DNA of 64,000 nucleotides from a virus: the IMG/VR virus record IMGVR_UViG_3300032291_002550, positions 96,436 through 160,435 of that record. One strand, given 5' to 3'. Below, piece after piece: positions 47,101 to 56,100 of the stretch. The notes below the pieces were generated by a model. The model searched no databases, was not told where the DNA came from, and was given only the letters and a program-made list of their open reading frames with translations. The translations under genes and the position numbers were made by a program. Each line of letters starts with the position of its first letter. Position 1 is the stretch's first letter.

Positions 47101-47979
47101 ATTTACAATCAGTTAGGATATTTTGATATTGATGATTATATCGGAGATCCGGCAGATCAAAATTTATCTTATTATATTGATTTAAGAACGATACAGTATC
47201 AATATTGGAAAAAGTATAAAGATAAAAATAATATGCCGGTATTATTAAAATTATTATCGGTATATGATTATTCATTCTTTGATCAATTAAAACAATTATT
47301 ACCGGCTAGAGTTTCTTTAGATAATAGTATTAAGATTAGACCAAATGTATTAGAACGTAGCAAAATTACTATTTTAGATGATGTAGTTGCCGTAACTCCG
47401 ATGTATGAGGATACAATTAACGTTAATAATAATATTAATCTTACGGGAGAATATCCTGTTTATAGTGCAAGTATTGATTATACGGAGCAATTAGAAAAAG
47501 CAGGATTATATAACTATAGTTCTAGTAAATATATATCAGGCTCTGGAGTAGTAAATATGATGGTAAGATTTGAATCGACAGGTTCAACGATAATTCAAAA
47601 TACATTATCATTAACTAGACAAGTATTTTATCCAATATATAGTACAGAAATAAGTGCTAGTATTGGAAGATATAACTCTAGCAGTTATTATAAAGCTGCA
47701 GAGGTTCAAGATTATAATTATGCATTAGCAGCATTTAGAAAAAGATCGTTTGAAGGAACAAAAATATCTGCACCGGGATATAATATTAACAGTATAGATT
47801 TGCCTGATAATTCTCCGGTAATATCTATAAAAATAGTTAATCCTGGCACGGTAAGAAATAATCCATCTAAACCAGTATTAGTATTACCGAATCAGCCGGG
47901 CAATATTTCAGTAACAAATCCAAATTCTAATGTTAGAAATAGTATAGGATATTCTTCACAAGGATTTAATATTGGATAA
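44140..47979 (+). CDS. large baseplate/tail protein with LamG-like domain
   Basis: 1279 aa; LLKTKGTKRSI..L..CYG and FDGNLNEFRYW. Confidence 0.7.
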   Translation: MLIDTLLQTEQLIYDPGFNNTDLLITGQVKTKTPTAQSSKYEVNIYSFNGILLDSYINDVRTPFRLTSTGSFLDINLSKYFDQSNLNSGKYYYIVNSYNQFGLNELVVEEISATRTEIRLLRVKQKNQFLESRELQAGLAPQEDPTSILILDDQLNSSQTAPEVILTDFDKNLVYQNIKPYQFRNLFLNFGQNRLFRIINIEIGKSPSFEILVKLYEPLPIDIDVTQICEIDEVYFSYGDVAEYIQNVEIIDPTIQIQGPNFNIDVDFYKNSTTGFQTWNDLLDVNLSTSQQIIDSYFGESLQGIKLNIDYSKPEQFVFYSSAEERFNNFYYKIQLIEDYNKQLTTLNNISQSIKTANIIDVTKKRSKIITGFDDFEKYLYFGTESGSLYTFYTGSIATWPKTTTGSLNWLESYNYWVDNYSNGALNTNIGYNLQSTTSTIVKTYAEDTIAILREYDKNNISSLLKTIPASILLDDNNSEYFIFVNMIGHHFDIIYTYINHLSSIHSREEHPLDGISKELLTDVAQSFGWNLVNSKKKDSLWQYVTGLDSNGNYLQTGSLTPTISTEQYTLEIWNRIVNNLPYLLKTKGTKRSIQALMSCYGIPSTVINIKEFGGPTKNNIQPDWQIDKFIYSLEFGNNTGSITIPWDTLTTTNRTPDTIQFRFKPDSSVVLYPRTLLRTDNSGDPYFYITYDQPSNYNSKEGQLTYYLLQPDLTYVSASLNNIPMFNGDWTSVNIQRTYLPTSSTSIVAAFKTSVASSGGTLEAESCLTSTISNLITSDSASSFTIGAVVKNYDNIIYNKSSSVNGSNLYYNLTSNIIIGSASYSTSNKAFDGNLNEFRYWSYLLNNDSMAQYSKNPLFYGGNADQDAYDYLSFRLPLSYLITTTGSYPSVHPNQSISSFTSAASAATFNGFQDGDLGGEDYTTYVVTPSLGADNLYSTKIRVVSNSLTSSLSLDNTSEIPTSEQTPKDTNVVGIYLSPQDMIDSDIYNQLGYFDIDDYIGDPADQNLSYYIDLRTIQYQYWKKYKDKNNMPVLLKLLSVYDYSFFDQLKQLLPARVSLDNSIKIRPNVLERSKITILDDVVAVTPMYEDTINVNNNINLTGEYPVYSASIDYTEQLEKAGLYNYSSSKYISGSGVVNMMVRFESTGSTIIQNTLSLTRQVFYPIYSTEISASIGRYNSSSYYKAAEVQDYNYALAAFRKRSFEGTKISAPGYNINSIDLPDNSPVISIKIVNPGTVRNNPSKPVLVLPNQPGNISVTNPNSNVRNSIGYSSQGFNIG

Positions 47980-48028
47980 AAAATAGTCTTAACATATAAT
48001 TATTTTAAAATAAGAAGATATACATATT

Positions 48029-48754
48029 ATGGGATATTTAAATAATGCAAGCGTAACTGTAGACGCTATATTAACTACAAAAGGCCGTGAATTACTTTCA
48101 AAGGGAAGTACGAATGGGTTAAATATTAAATACTTTGCTCTAGGGGATGATGAAGTAGATTATGATTTATGGAATCCATCACATCCATTAGGAAGTGATT
48201 ATTACGGTATTATTATAGAAAATATGCCTGTATTAGAAGCATCACCTATTCCAGAACAAAATTTAAAAAGTAAATTAATTACTTTACCAAAAAGCACGAC
48301 AAGATTAACTACTATAAATCCAATAACGATACCGACAGGTACATTTACGATTAATTTAAGCACTGGAGGTTCGGGAGCATTTCCATTTTATCAAAATCAA
48401 GGAGCTAATGGAATTGAAGCGCAAATTAGCTTATCCGATGGCAGTACTGGTAATAGTAATCTAGGATATACTATATATTATGATTCGAGATATATTAATA
48501 TTACTCCGCAAATATCGGCTAATTTTAGCAATTTAGGTCAAATACTTGGCGGAACTAATTCGCAGACAACATCTATAGGAGATTCTGGTGTAGCTCTTAG
48601 CAGTATAATTTCTACAAATAAATTTAGAATAAATGTAATACCATCAGCAGTATACACAGATTTTAATGGTAATGCAACGACATTAAATATATTTGTTCAA
48701 GGAAATGAATTAGGAGGTAAAATAACAGTACCAGTACCTATCGGAGTAAGATAA
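48029..48754 (+). CDS. putative baseplate/tail structural protein
   Basis: VDAILT.KGRELL...FALGDDEVDY. Confidence 0.6.
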   Translation: MGYLNNASVTVDAILTTKGRELLSKGSTNGLNIKYFALGDDEVDYDLWNPSHPLGSDYYGIIIENMPVLEASPIPEQNLKSKLITLPKSTTRLTTINPITIPTGTFTINLSTGGSGAFPFYQNQGANGIEAQISLSDGSTGNSNLGYTIYYDSRYINITPQISANFSNLGQILGGTNSQTTSIGDSGVALSSIISTNKFRINVIPSAVYTDFNGNATTLNIFVQGNELGGKITVPVPIGVR

Positions 48755-48776
48755 TATAATACCTTAAAAAATAAAA

Positions 48777-49871
48777 ATGACAACATTTACAGAATTACAA
48801 ACGCCAAGAGATATAGTAACTAATTTAAATCAAATAGTTACATCACCATTATGGGCAAATAATGTAGGTACATTAACTACATACTATACTAGTTCATTAA
48901 TGACTTCTACACAAAAACAATATTATTATAATGTTGTTAGTGATACAAGTACTAGTGCAAGTGGGCAGTTTGCAGTTACATACGGAAATAGATTAGGAAG
49001 CGGCAGTTATTCCGGCGGAGGTTCATTAAATGACTCTCCTACAAGAGCTATTTATTCGCAATATAAAAATATTTTATTAGATTCTACAGATACTCAATTT
49101 ACATTTTACGGCGGAGTAAATTCTGATAGTATTTATGTAATTGCAGTCGACAGAGTAAGATTAAAAGAAAGATTAAATGCTGGTACGTGGCAATTAAATT
49201 TAGCAGAGTTAAACGGTAGAGGCTTTGCTAATGCAGCATATACTGGAAGTAATGTAGCCGTTTCTAGTTCAAATAAAATAATTAGTTTAATTGATGATAG
49301 TTTATCATCTACAACGAATAGTGCGACTAACGGAGGTAGAATATATAATATAGTATCAGGGTCAGTGAATAATGGTATTTTTGGAGGTACAGTAAATTCA
49401 GCATCTGCATATGGTTTAGTTTATCCTGATTTAGGATTATTAGTATTAAATGGCAATATGTTAAATTCGCAACTTTCATTTAATACTGTTACGGCATCAT
49501 ATACAGTGACAGGTTCGTCAGCAGTGCCAGGTGGAGATAATGCATGGAAATTATATACATCAATTTCAGGTGCAGCTGCGATTAGTGCTGCAAATGGATT
49601 TACAGCAAGAAATCAAGAATCAATTAAATCTCAAATTGTATTTGTAAGAGCATATAATGGAGAATACAATTTTTCAAATAATCCAACTTTTGTAACAGGG
49701 TCAGATAATACATTGTCACAAACTACGATGTATAATAACCCGCAAGTATATATTACATCTATTGGATTATATGATACTCAATATAATTTAGTAGCAGTTG
49801 CAAAATTAAGCAAACCATTACTTAAATCTTTTGATAGAGAAATTTTAGTGAAGGTAAAAATTGACTTTTAA
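48777..49871 (+). CDS. putative tail structural protein
   Basis: C-terminal YITSIGLYD...LVAVAKL shared with the next gene. Confidence 0.6.
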   Translation: MTTFTELQTPRDIVTNLNQIVTSPLWANNVGTLTTYYTSSLMTSTQKQYYYNVVSDTSTSASGQFAVTYGNRLGSGSYSGGGSLNDSPTRAIYSQYKNILLDSTDTQFTFYGGVNSDSIYVIAVDRVRLKERLNAGTWQLNLAELNGRGFANAAYTGSNVAVSSSNKIISLIDDSLSSTTNSATNGGRIYNIVSGSVNNGIFGGTVNSASAYGLVYPDLGLLVLNGNMLNSQLSFNTVTASYTVTGSSAVPGGDNAWKLYTSISGAAAISAANGFTARNQESIKSQIVFVRAYNGEYNFSNNPTFVTGSDNTLSQTTMYNNPQVYITSIGLYDTQYNLVAVAKLSKPLLKSFDREILVKVKIDF

Positions 49872-49892
49872 AATATTAAGAAAGAAATTAAG

Positions 49893-49917
49893 AAAGCTCC
49901 TTTGTTGGGGCTTTTTT
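49893..49917 (+). terminator. intrinsic terminator
   Basis: AAAGCTCC-loop-GGGGCTTTTTT. Confidence 0.7.
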
Positions 49918-49963
49918 ACTGAATATATTATCTTATCGATATTTATAATAAAGGTAAAAGTTA

Positions 49964-51493
49964 ATGACAGATTATAAAACATTCAGTACTATACAAGATT
50001 CAAATGTAGCTACATATACTGCACATAAAAACTGGAGCTTTACATCTCAATCTTTTACTGATTCAAAATTTAAATATTTAAGAGGTATTTACTCAGATAA
50101 ATATGTAACAATAAGTGCATCATCTGCTGCAGGAGAGCTTCAAAATTCCGACGGCAGTTATATGAAAAATACGTATATAGGTATTAATCATTTATATTAT
50201 TCTTCATATCTAAACTTTGGATATATTAGTTATCCTATAGGAACTTTTACGAGAAATTTAAATAAAGAATTAATAACATATTCTGTTCCGAGAATTAAAG
50301 TTGGCGATGAAATAAAACCTGGTAGTGTATCTTTAACAGTAACTGGGAAAGCTAATGAAACAATTACTTTACAAGATAATGGAAATTATGAATTAATAGA
50401 TGCTAGAATTAATACATCTAGCTTCACGTCTGACTCTTTAATTTACTTAGGATTTAATAACGGATTTAAATCTGATTATACTCCGGAAAGTTATTCTTCT
50501 AAAGATATAAATTATACTACAGGTATTTCTAGCAATACTTATACTCATGGATATCAAGCTAATTTTAATGGGACTTCTTCATACATTCAAGTAAATGATG
50601 ATTTAGATAATTGGTTTAATACTTTTGATAATGATTTTGCAATATCATTTTGGATCTTTCCTCAAGATACTATATCAACAAATCAATCCGTAATATCTAA
50701 AAAGTGGCTTAATGGAACATTACTTAAATCATATCCATTCGATATAACATATAATGGTGTAACATCTACTCTTATATTTACAAGAACAGATATTAATAGT
50801 ACATCAACTATAACAATGCCTTTAGATCCTATTATCAATTCAAACAAACCCGGGTTTATTATATTTCAAAAAGTAGGAACCCATCTAGACGTAACACTTC
50901 AAGTCACTGAAGGTGGGTTATCTTCATTTGACACTGTAACTGATATAACTACCGAAAAAGTATCAAACAAAAGTAGTATATATTTAGGAGCAGCAAATAA
51001 TTTAGGTTTAACACCATTTAGTGGAAGTTTAGATGAAGTAAGATTTTTTAATCGTGCATTAACTCAAAATGAAATAACATCATTATCTTCATTATATGAT
51101 ATAGATTATTCAGCATTACAAACTAATAAAGTTGGTAATATATTTTATGACCAAGGGATGATAATTTATTCTCCTTATCAAAATGAATTAGTCTCAGCAT
51201 CATTTACAAAAGATTTTACTTTATCATATAAAAGTAGCTTAGATATAGAACAATTAAAATATTATATCAATGTTCCTATGAACGATTTTAATACAAGTAC
51301 TAATCCTTCATTATATGATATAACAGGTTCTTTAGCTTCATTCGCAACAGGATCTGATTTTAATCCATATATAACAACAATTGGATTATATGATACAAAT
51401 TATAATTTAGTAGCAGTTGCAAAATTAGGAGCACCAATACCAAAAAGAAATGATATCGATCTAAACTTTGAAGTTAGATTTGATAGATCATAA
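49964..51493 (+). CDS. LamG-domain tail structural protein
   Basis: FAISFWI, FSGSLDEVRFFNRALT; paralogous C-terminus. Confidence 0.7.
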   Translation: MTDYKTFSTIQDSNVATYTAHKNWSFTSQSFTDSKFKYLRGIYSDKYVTISASSAAGELQNSDGSYMKNTYIGINHLYYSSYLNFGYISYPIGTFTRNLNKELITYSVPRIKVGDEIKPGSVSLTVTGKANETITLQDNGNYELIDARINTSSFTSDSLIYLGFNNGFKSDYTPESYSSKDINYTTGISSNTYTHGYQANFNGTSSYIQVNDDLDNWFNTFDNDFAISFWIFPQDTISTNQSVISKKWLNGTLLKSYPFDITYNGVTSTLIFTRTDINSTSTITMPLDPIINSNKPGFIIFQKVGTHLDVTLQVTEGGLSSFDTVTDITTEKVSNKSSIYLGAANNLGLTPFSGSLDEVRFFNRALTQNEITSLSSLYDIDYSALQTNKVGNIFYDQGMIIYSPYQNELVSASFTKDFTLSYKSSLDIEQLKYYINVPMNDFNTSTNPSLYDITGSLASFATGSDFNPYITTIGLYDTNYNLVAVAKLGAPIPKRNDIDLNFEVRFDRS

Positions 51494-51509
51494 AAATAAA
51501 ATATAAGTT

Positions 51510-51926
51510 ATGGCAAAAAAGAAATTTTCAATTAGAGCATTAGCTCGCAAACATGGATATCGTTCTGGACTAGAAGATAAGATATCAGAACAACTTAAGT
51601 TCACAGGAAAAACTTGGAGTTACGAATCTGAAAAATTAAAGTATACTATCCCGGAGAGAGTTGCAACATATACACCTGATTTTATCTTAATTAAGAAAGA
51701 TGGAAGTAAAATGTATATAGAAACTAAAGGCAGATTTACTGCTATTGATAGAAAGAAGCATCTATTAGTAAAGAGTAGTAACCCAGAATTAGATATACGT
51801 CTTTTATTTCAAACACCAAATAATAAGATAACTAAAAACTCTAAAACTACATACGCAGATTGGGCGAATAAAAATGGATATCTTTGGGCAGCAAAAGAAA
51901 TTCCTGTTGAATGGCTAGAAGAATAA
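51510..51926 (+). CDS. T7 endonuclease I-like Holliday junction resolvase
   Basis: YRSGLE, YTPDF, IETKGRF...DR.KH, TTYADW. Confidence 0.9.
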   Translation: MAKKKFSIRALARKHGYRSGLEDKISEQLKFTGKTWSYESEKLKYTIPERVATYTPDFILIKKDGSKMYIETKGRFTAIDRKKHLLVKSSNPELDIRLLFQTPNNKITKNSKTTYADWANKNGYLWAAKEIPVEWLEE

Positions 51927-51950
51927 GAAATTTTTATTATATTATCTTAA

Positions 51951-52898
51951 ATGGATAATACTAAATTAATTTCTTCTTTAGAATCGGTTCTTGGTCGTGG
52001 TAAGAAAACGTCCGGTGGAAATGTAGCATTTTACTGCCCGTTTTGTAATCATCATAAAAGAAAATTAGAAGTTCAATTAATAACTACTAATAAAGGCGAG
52101 AATCATTGGCATTGTTGGACATGTAACAAAGCCGGAAAAAAGCTAAAAAATTTATATAAACAACTTAATACTAGTTATGATAAAATTGTAGAGTTAAATA
52201 AAGCTCTAGGTGTTATTACTAAAGACATTAACAGTTTATTTATAGAACATTCGAATTATACATCGACACATTTATCACTCCCGGCAGAATATAAATCTTT
52301 TTTGGAAGCAGAAAATACCCCTGATTATAGGAATGCTTTAAAATATTTAAGAGAAGATCGTGGGTTTACAAATTTTGATATTATAAAATATCATCTAGGA
52401 TTTTGCGAAACGGGTCAGTATAGACATAAAATTATTATTCCTAGTTATAATTTATCAGGCAGTTTAAATTTCTTTGTTGGCAGGGATTTCTATGGTTCTA
52501 ATTTTAAACATAAAAATCCAAATGTAAGTAAAGAAATAATTGGGTTTGAATTATATGTAAATTGGAATTTACCTGTAGTATTAGTTGAAGGCGCAATTGA
52601 TGCAATGACAATTAAAAGAAATACCATTCCATTATTCGGGAAAACAATTCCAGATGAACTTAGAAAACGATTAATAGAAAAAAAAGTAAAAGAAATTTAT
52701 ATTTGTTTAGATAAAGATGCTCAAAAACAAGCATTAAATGTAGCAAGTGAATTTATGGATGAAGGTATGACAGTTTATTTTGTAGACCTTCATGAAAAAG
52801 ATCCAAATGAAATTGGATTTGAACGAATGATTAAAATTATTAAAGAAACAAAGCCGTTAACATTTGCGGAGTTAATAAAATATAAATTAAATATATGA
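51951..52898 (+). CDS. dnaG: DNA primase (zinc finger + TOPRIM)
   Basis: CPFC...HCWTC, VEG.IDA, LDKDA, KDPNE. Confidence 0.88.
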   Translation: MDNTKLISSLESVLGRGKKTSGGNVAFYCPFCNHHKRKLEVQLITTNKGENHWHCWTCNKAGKKLKNLYKQLNTSYDKIVELNKALGVITKDINSLFIEHSNYTSTHLSLPAEYKSFLEAENTPDYRNALKYLREDRGFTNFDIIKYHLGFCETGQYRHKIIIPSYNLSGSLNFFVGRDFYGSNFKHKNPNVSKEIIGFELYVNWNLPVVLVEGAIDAMTIKRNTIPLFGKTIPDELRKRLIEKKVKEIYICLDKDAQKQALNVASEFMDEGMTVYFVDLHEKDPNEIGFERMIKIIKETKPLTFAELIKYKLNI

Positions 52899-55800
52899 TT
52901 AAAATTCATAAAATAAATAATAAAATAAGTAATATTCAATATATTATTCATATTGCAGATATTCATATTCGTTTACAAAAACGACATGAAGAATATCGTA
53001 CAGTATTTTCTAGATTATATGAATATTGTAAAAATTTTAAATCTAATAATCCAAATACAATTATATATGTAGCCGGAGATATTGCTCATTCTAAGACAGA
53101 TATGTCACCTGAGCAAATAAACATGATTCAAGATTTTTTTAGATCATTAGCAGATATCACAGATACAATCGTAATTACTGGTAATCATGATATGAATCTA
53201 AATAATAAAACTAGATTAGATGCCCTAGAGCCTATTATTAATGCTCTTAATCATCCTAACTTATTTTATTTAAAAAATACCGGTGTTTATGAATTAGGTA
53301 ATGTTTATTTTAATGTAATGGGTGTATCTGATAAGCCAATATCATTTATTAAAGGCATAGATATACCAAATGATAAAATTAAAATTGCTCTTCATCATGG
53401 CGCAGTGAATCAAGCTTCGACAGCAGTTGGATTTCAATTAACAAATGATCATGTAAATACAGAAACATTTGCAAATCATACAATTACATTATTAGGAGAT
53501 ATACATAAATTTCAATATCTAAACTCAGATAAAACTATTGCTTATGCTTCTAGTCTTATTCAACAAAATTTTGGGGAAACTTTAGACTTTCATGGATTGA
53601 TGATATGGGATGTTAATACCGCACAGTCTAAATTTATAGAAGTAGAAAATGATTATGGATATGTTACTTTAGAAGTTAGTAATGGTATAATAACGACATA
53701 CCCAGCAAAATTTCCAAAAAAGCCTAGAATCAAATTAAAGATTCAAAATACGACATCTTCTCAAATAAAAACAATTGTAGCAGATTTAAAATCTAAATAT
53801 AATGTTCAAGATATAGTAACGCAGAAAGTAAAAGATTTTCATAAAGATAATTCTAATACAACAAAAATATCTTTAGGTAATGTTAGGGATGTTGAATATC
53901 AAAATACAATATTAACAGATTATTTAACAAATCGTTTAGATATTGATGAAGATGAAATTTTAGATGGTGTGCGACATATTAACAGAATAATTAATTCTAA
54001 ATTACAAAGTGCAGACATTCCTAAGAATATAACATATAATCTTATGAAGTTTGAATTTTCAAACATGTTTAGTTATGGAGAAAATAATATTATAGATTTT
54101 AGTCAAATGAATGGAATTTATGGATTATTTGCTTCTAACAGAAGTGGTAAAAGTTCATTATTAGATTCATTATTATATTGTATTTTTGATAAATCTACGA
54201 AAACAGATAAAGCAGCATATGTTTTAAATAATAAAAAAGATTCATTTTCTTGTAAATTAGAAATTGAAATTAACAATAAAAAATATTTTATTGAGCGGTC
54301 TGGAGCAAAACAAAAATCAGGTCATGTTAGAGTAACTGTTAGCTTTTATACATTAGATGATGCAGGTCAAATTATTTCATTAAATGGTCAAGAACGTGAT
54401 GAAACAAATGCTATTATCAGAACATATTTAGGAACATATAAAGACTTTATTTTAACTTCAGTAATTGCTCAAAATAATAATACTGGATTTATTGAAATGA
54501 CTCAAAAAGAACGTAAAGATTTATTGTCACAGTTTTTAGATATTAATATTTTTGATGATTTACAAAAAATAGCATCTGAAGAAATTAAAGATGTACATGC
54601 TCTTTTAAAGGACTTACAAAAACAAGATTTTAGTAGTAGAATTTCTGATGCAGAAAAAGTTATAAAAGAAAATGAAATATCTCATAAAGAATTAGACATT
54701 AAACGTATAACATTAGAAAATTGTATTACGAAGCATGAATCTGCATTATTAGATATTGCTTCAAAAATTATACCTTTAACAGATGTAAGTTATGACTTAA
54801 ATAAATTACAAAATAATTTAGAATTAGCAACATCAAAATCTGAGAAACTTTTATCTGAAATATTATCAATATCTAATGAAATTAGCAATTTAGACGAACG
54901 TATAAGCACGTTAACGGATAAACTAAATACATTTAATATGGATGAAATTGATAGCTCTTTAAATCAATTAAAATTGTATAACGAGCAACATAAAAAACTG
55001 TTATCTGATTTAAAAGTTAAACAAGTACATCATTCTCATATTCTAGATAAAATGAAAAAATTAGAAGATCTAGAATATGATCAAAATTGTTCATTTTGTA
55101 TGAATAATATATTTGTAAAAGATGCAATTCAAACTAAAGAAACTTTATCTTCTCATGAAAATGAAATTAAGGATTTATTGGAAGGACAAAAATCTCTTGA
55201 AATTTCAATAAATGGGTTAGACCAATATATACTTCAAAATAAAGAAGTTAACAGTATTAAAAGTGAAATTCAAGTTCTTGAAAATAAAAAGTCATCTTTA
55301 GAGTTAAGTTCTAGTCAAAAGAAAGTTGGACATGCAGCCGCAGAAAGTTCAAAGAAAGAATTTGTTGATAGTATTAAAACATATAATGAAAATAAAGATG
55401 CTATAGAGTATAATTTATCATTTACAGAAGAAATTAAACGTACTAAAGAAGAATTAAGTAAAGATAAGACAGAATTAGGATTAATTAATTCTCAAATGTC
55501 CAAATTAATAACTGGTATTGAATTAGAAAAGCAAAATAAAACTAATGCTTTAAATAGTATTGAAAAGCTTAGATCATTAGAACGAGAATATAAGTTTTAT
55601 GAATTATATCTTTCTGCTACAAATCGTAACGGAATTCCATATGATTTAATTTGTAAGGTAATGCCTCAAATTGAAACAGAAATTAATAATGTATTAAACC
55701 AATTAGTAGATTTTAATATCATGCTTCAAACAGATGAAAAAAATATTAATGCATATATTGTTTATGATGATGACAATTATTGGCCATTAGAACTAACATC

Positions 55801-56071
55801 GGGGATGGAAAGATTTGTTAGTTCATTAGCTATAAGAAATGCATTAATCAGTATTACTAATTTACCTAAACCAAATTTTATTGCTATAGATGAAGGTTTT
55901 ACGCAATTAGATTCTGAAAACATGAATCAAGTATATTTATTATTCAATTATCTTAAAACACAATTTGATTTTATGATGATTATTTCTCATATAGATGTTA
56001 TGAGAGATATGGTAGAACATTTTATTGAAATTAAAAAAGAACAAGGATTTTCTAAAGTTTCCATTATGTAA
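52895..56071 (+). CDS. fused SbcD-SbcC (Mre11-Rad50; gp47-gp46) nuclease-ATPase
   Basis: ADIH, AGD, GNHD and GDIH nuclease motifs, then NRSGKSS, CSFC hook, SGME signature, IDEGF and ISH in one frame. Confidence 0.9.
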   Translation: MIKIHKINNKISNIQYIIHIADIHIRLQKRHEEYRTVFSRLYEYCKNFKSNNPNTIIYVAGDIAHSKTDMSPEQINMIQDFFRSLADITDTIVITGNHDMNLNNKTRLDALEPIINALNHPNLFYLKNTGVYELGNVYFNVMGVSDKPISFIKGIDIPNDKIKIALHHGAVNQASTAVGFQLTNDHVNTETFANHTITLLGDIHKFQYLNSDKTIAYASSLIQQNFGETLDFHGLMIWDVNTAQSKFIEVENDYGYVTLEVSNGIITTYPAKFPKKPRIKLKIQNTTSSQIKTIVADLKSKYNVQDIVTQKVKDFHKDNSNTTKISLGNVRDVEYQNTILTDYLTNRLDIDEDEILDGVRHINRIINSKLQSADIPKNITYNLMKFEFSNMFSYGENNIIDFSQMNGIYGLFASNRSGKSSLLDSLLYCIFDKSTKTDKAAYVLNNKKDSFSCKLEIEINNKKYFIERSGAKQKSGHVRVTVSFYTLDDAGQIISLNGQERDETNAIIRTYLGTYKDFILTSVIAQNNNTGFIEMTQKERKDLLSQFLDINIFDDLQKIASEEIKDVHALLKDLQKQDFSSRISDAEKVIKENEISHKELDIKRITLENCITKHESALLDIASKIIPLTDVSYDLNKLQNNLELATSKSEKLLSEILSISNEISNLDERISTLTDKLNTFNMDEIDSSLNQLKLYNEQHKKLLSDLKVKQVHHSHILDKMKKLEDLEYDQNCSFCMNNIFVKDAIQTKETLSSHENEIKDLLEGQKSLEISINGLDQYILQNKEVNSIKSEIQVLENKKSSLELSSSQKKVGHAAAESSKKEFVDSIKTYNENKDAIEYNLSFTEEIKRTKEELSKDKTELGLINSQMSKLITGIELEKQNKTNALNSIEKLRSLEREYKFYELYLSATNRNGIPYDLICKVMPQIETEINNVLNQLVDFNIMLQTDEKNINAYIVYDDDNYWPLELTSGMERFVSSLAIRNALISITNLPKPNFIAIDEGFTQLDSENMNQVYLLFNYLKTQFDFMMIISHIDVMRDMVEHFIEIKKEQGFSKVSIM

Positions 56072-56100
56072 CATAATTATATGTATAGAAATATCATATA

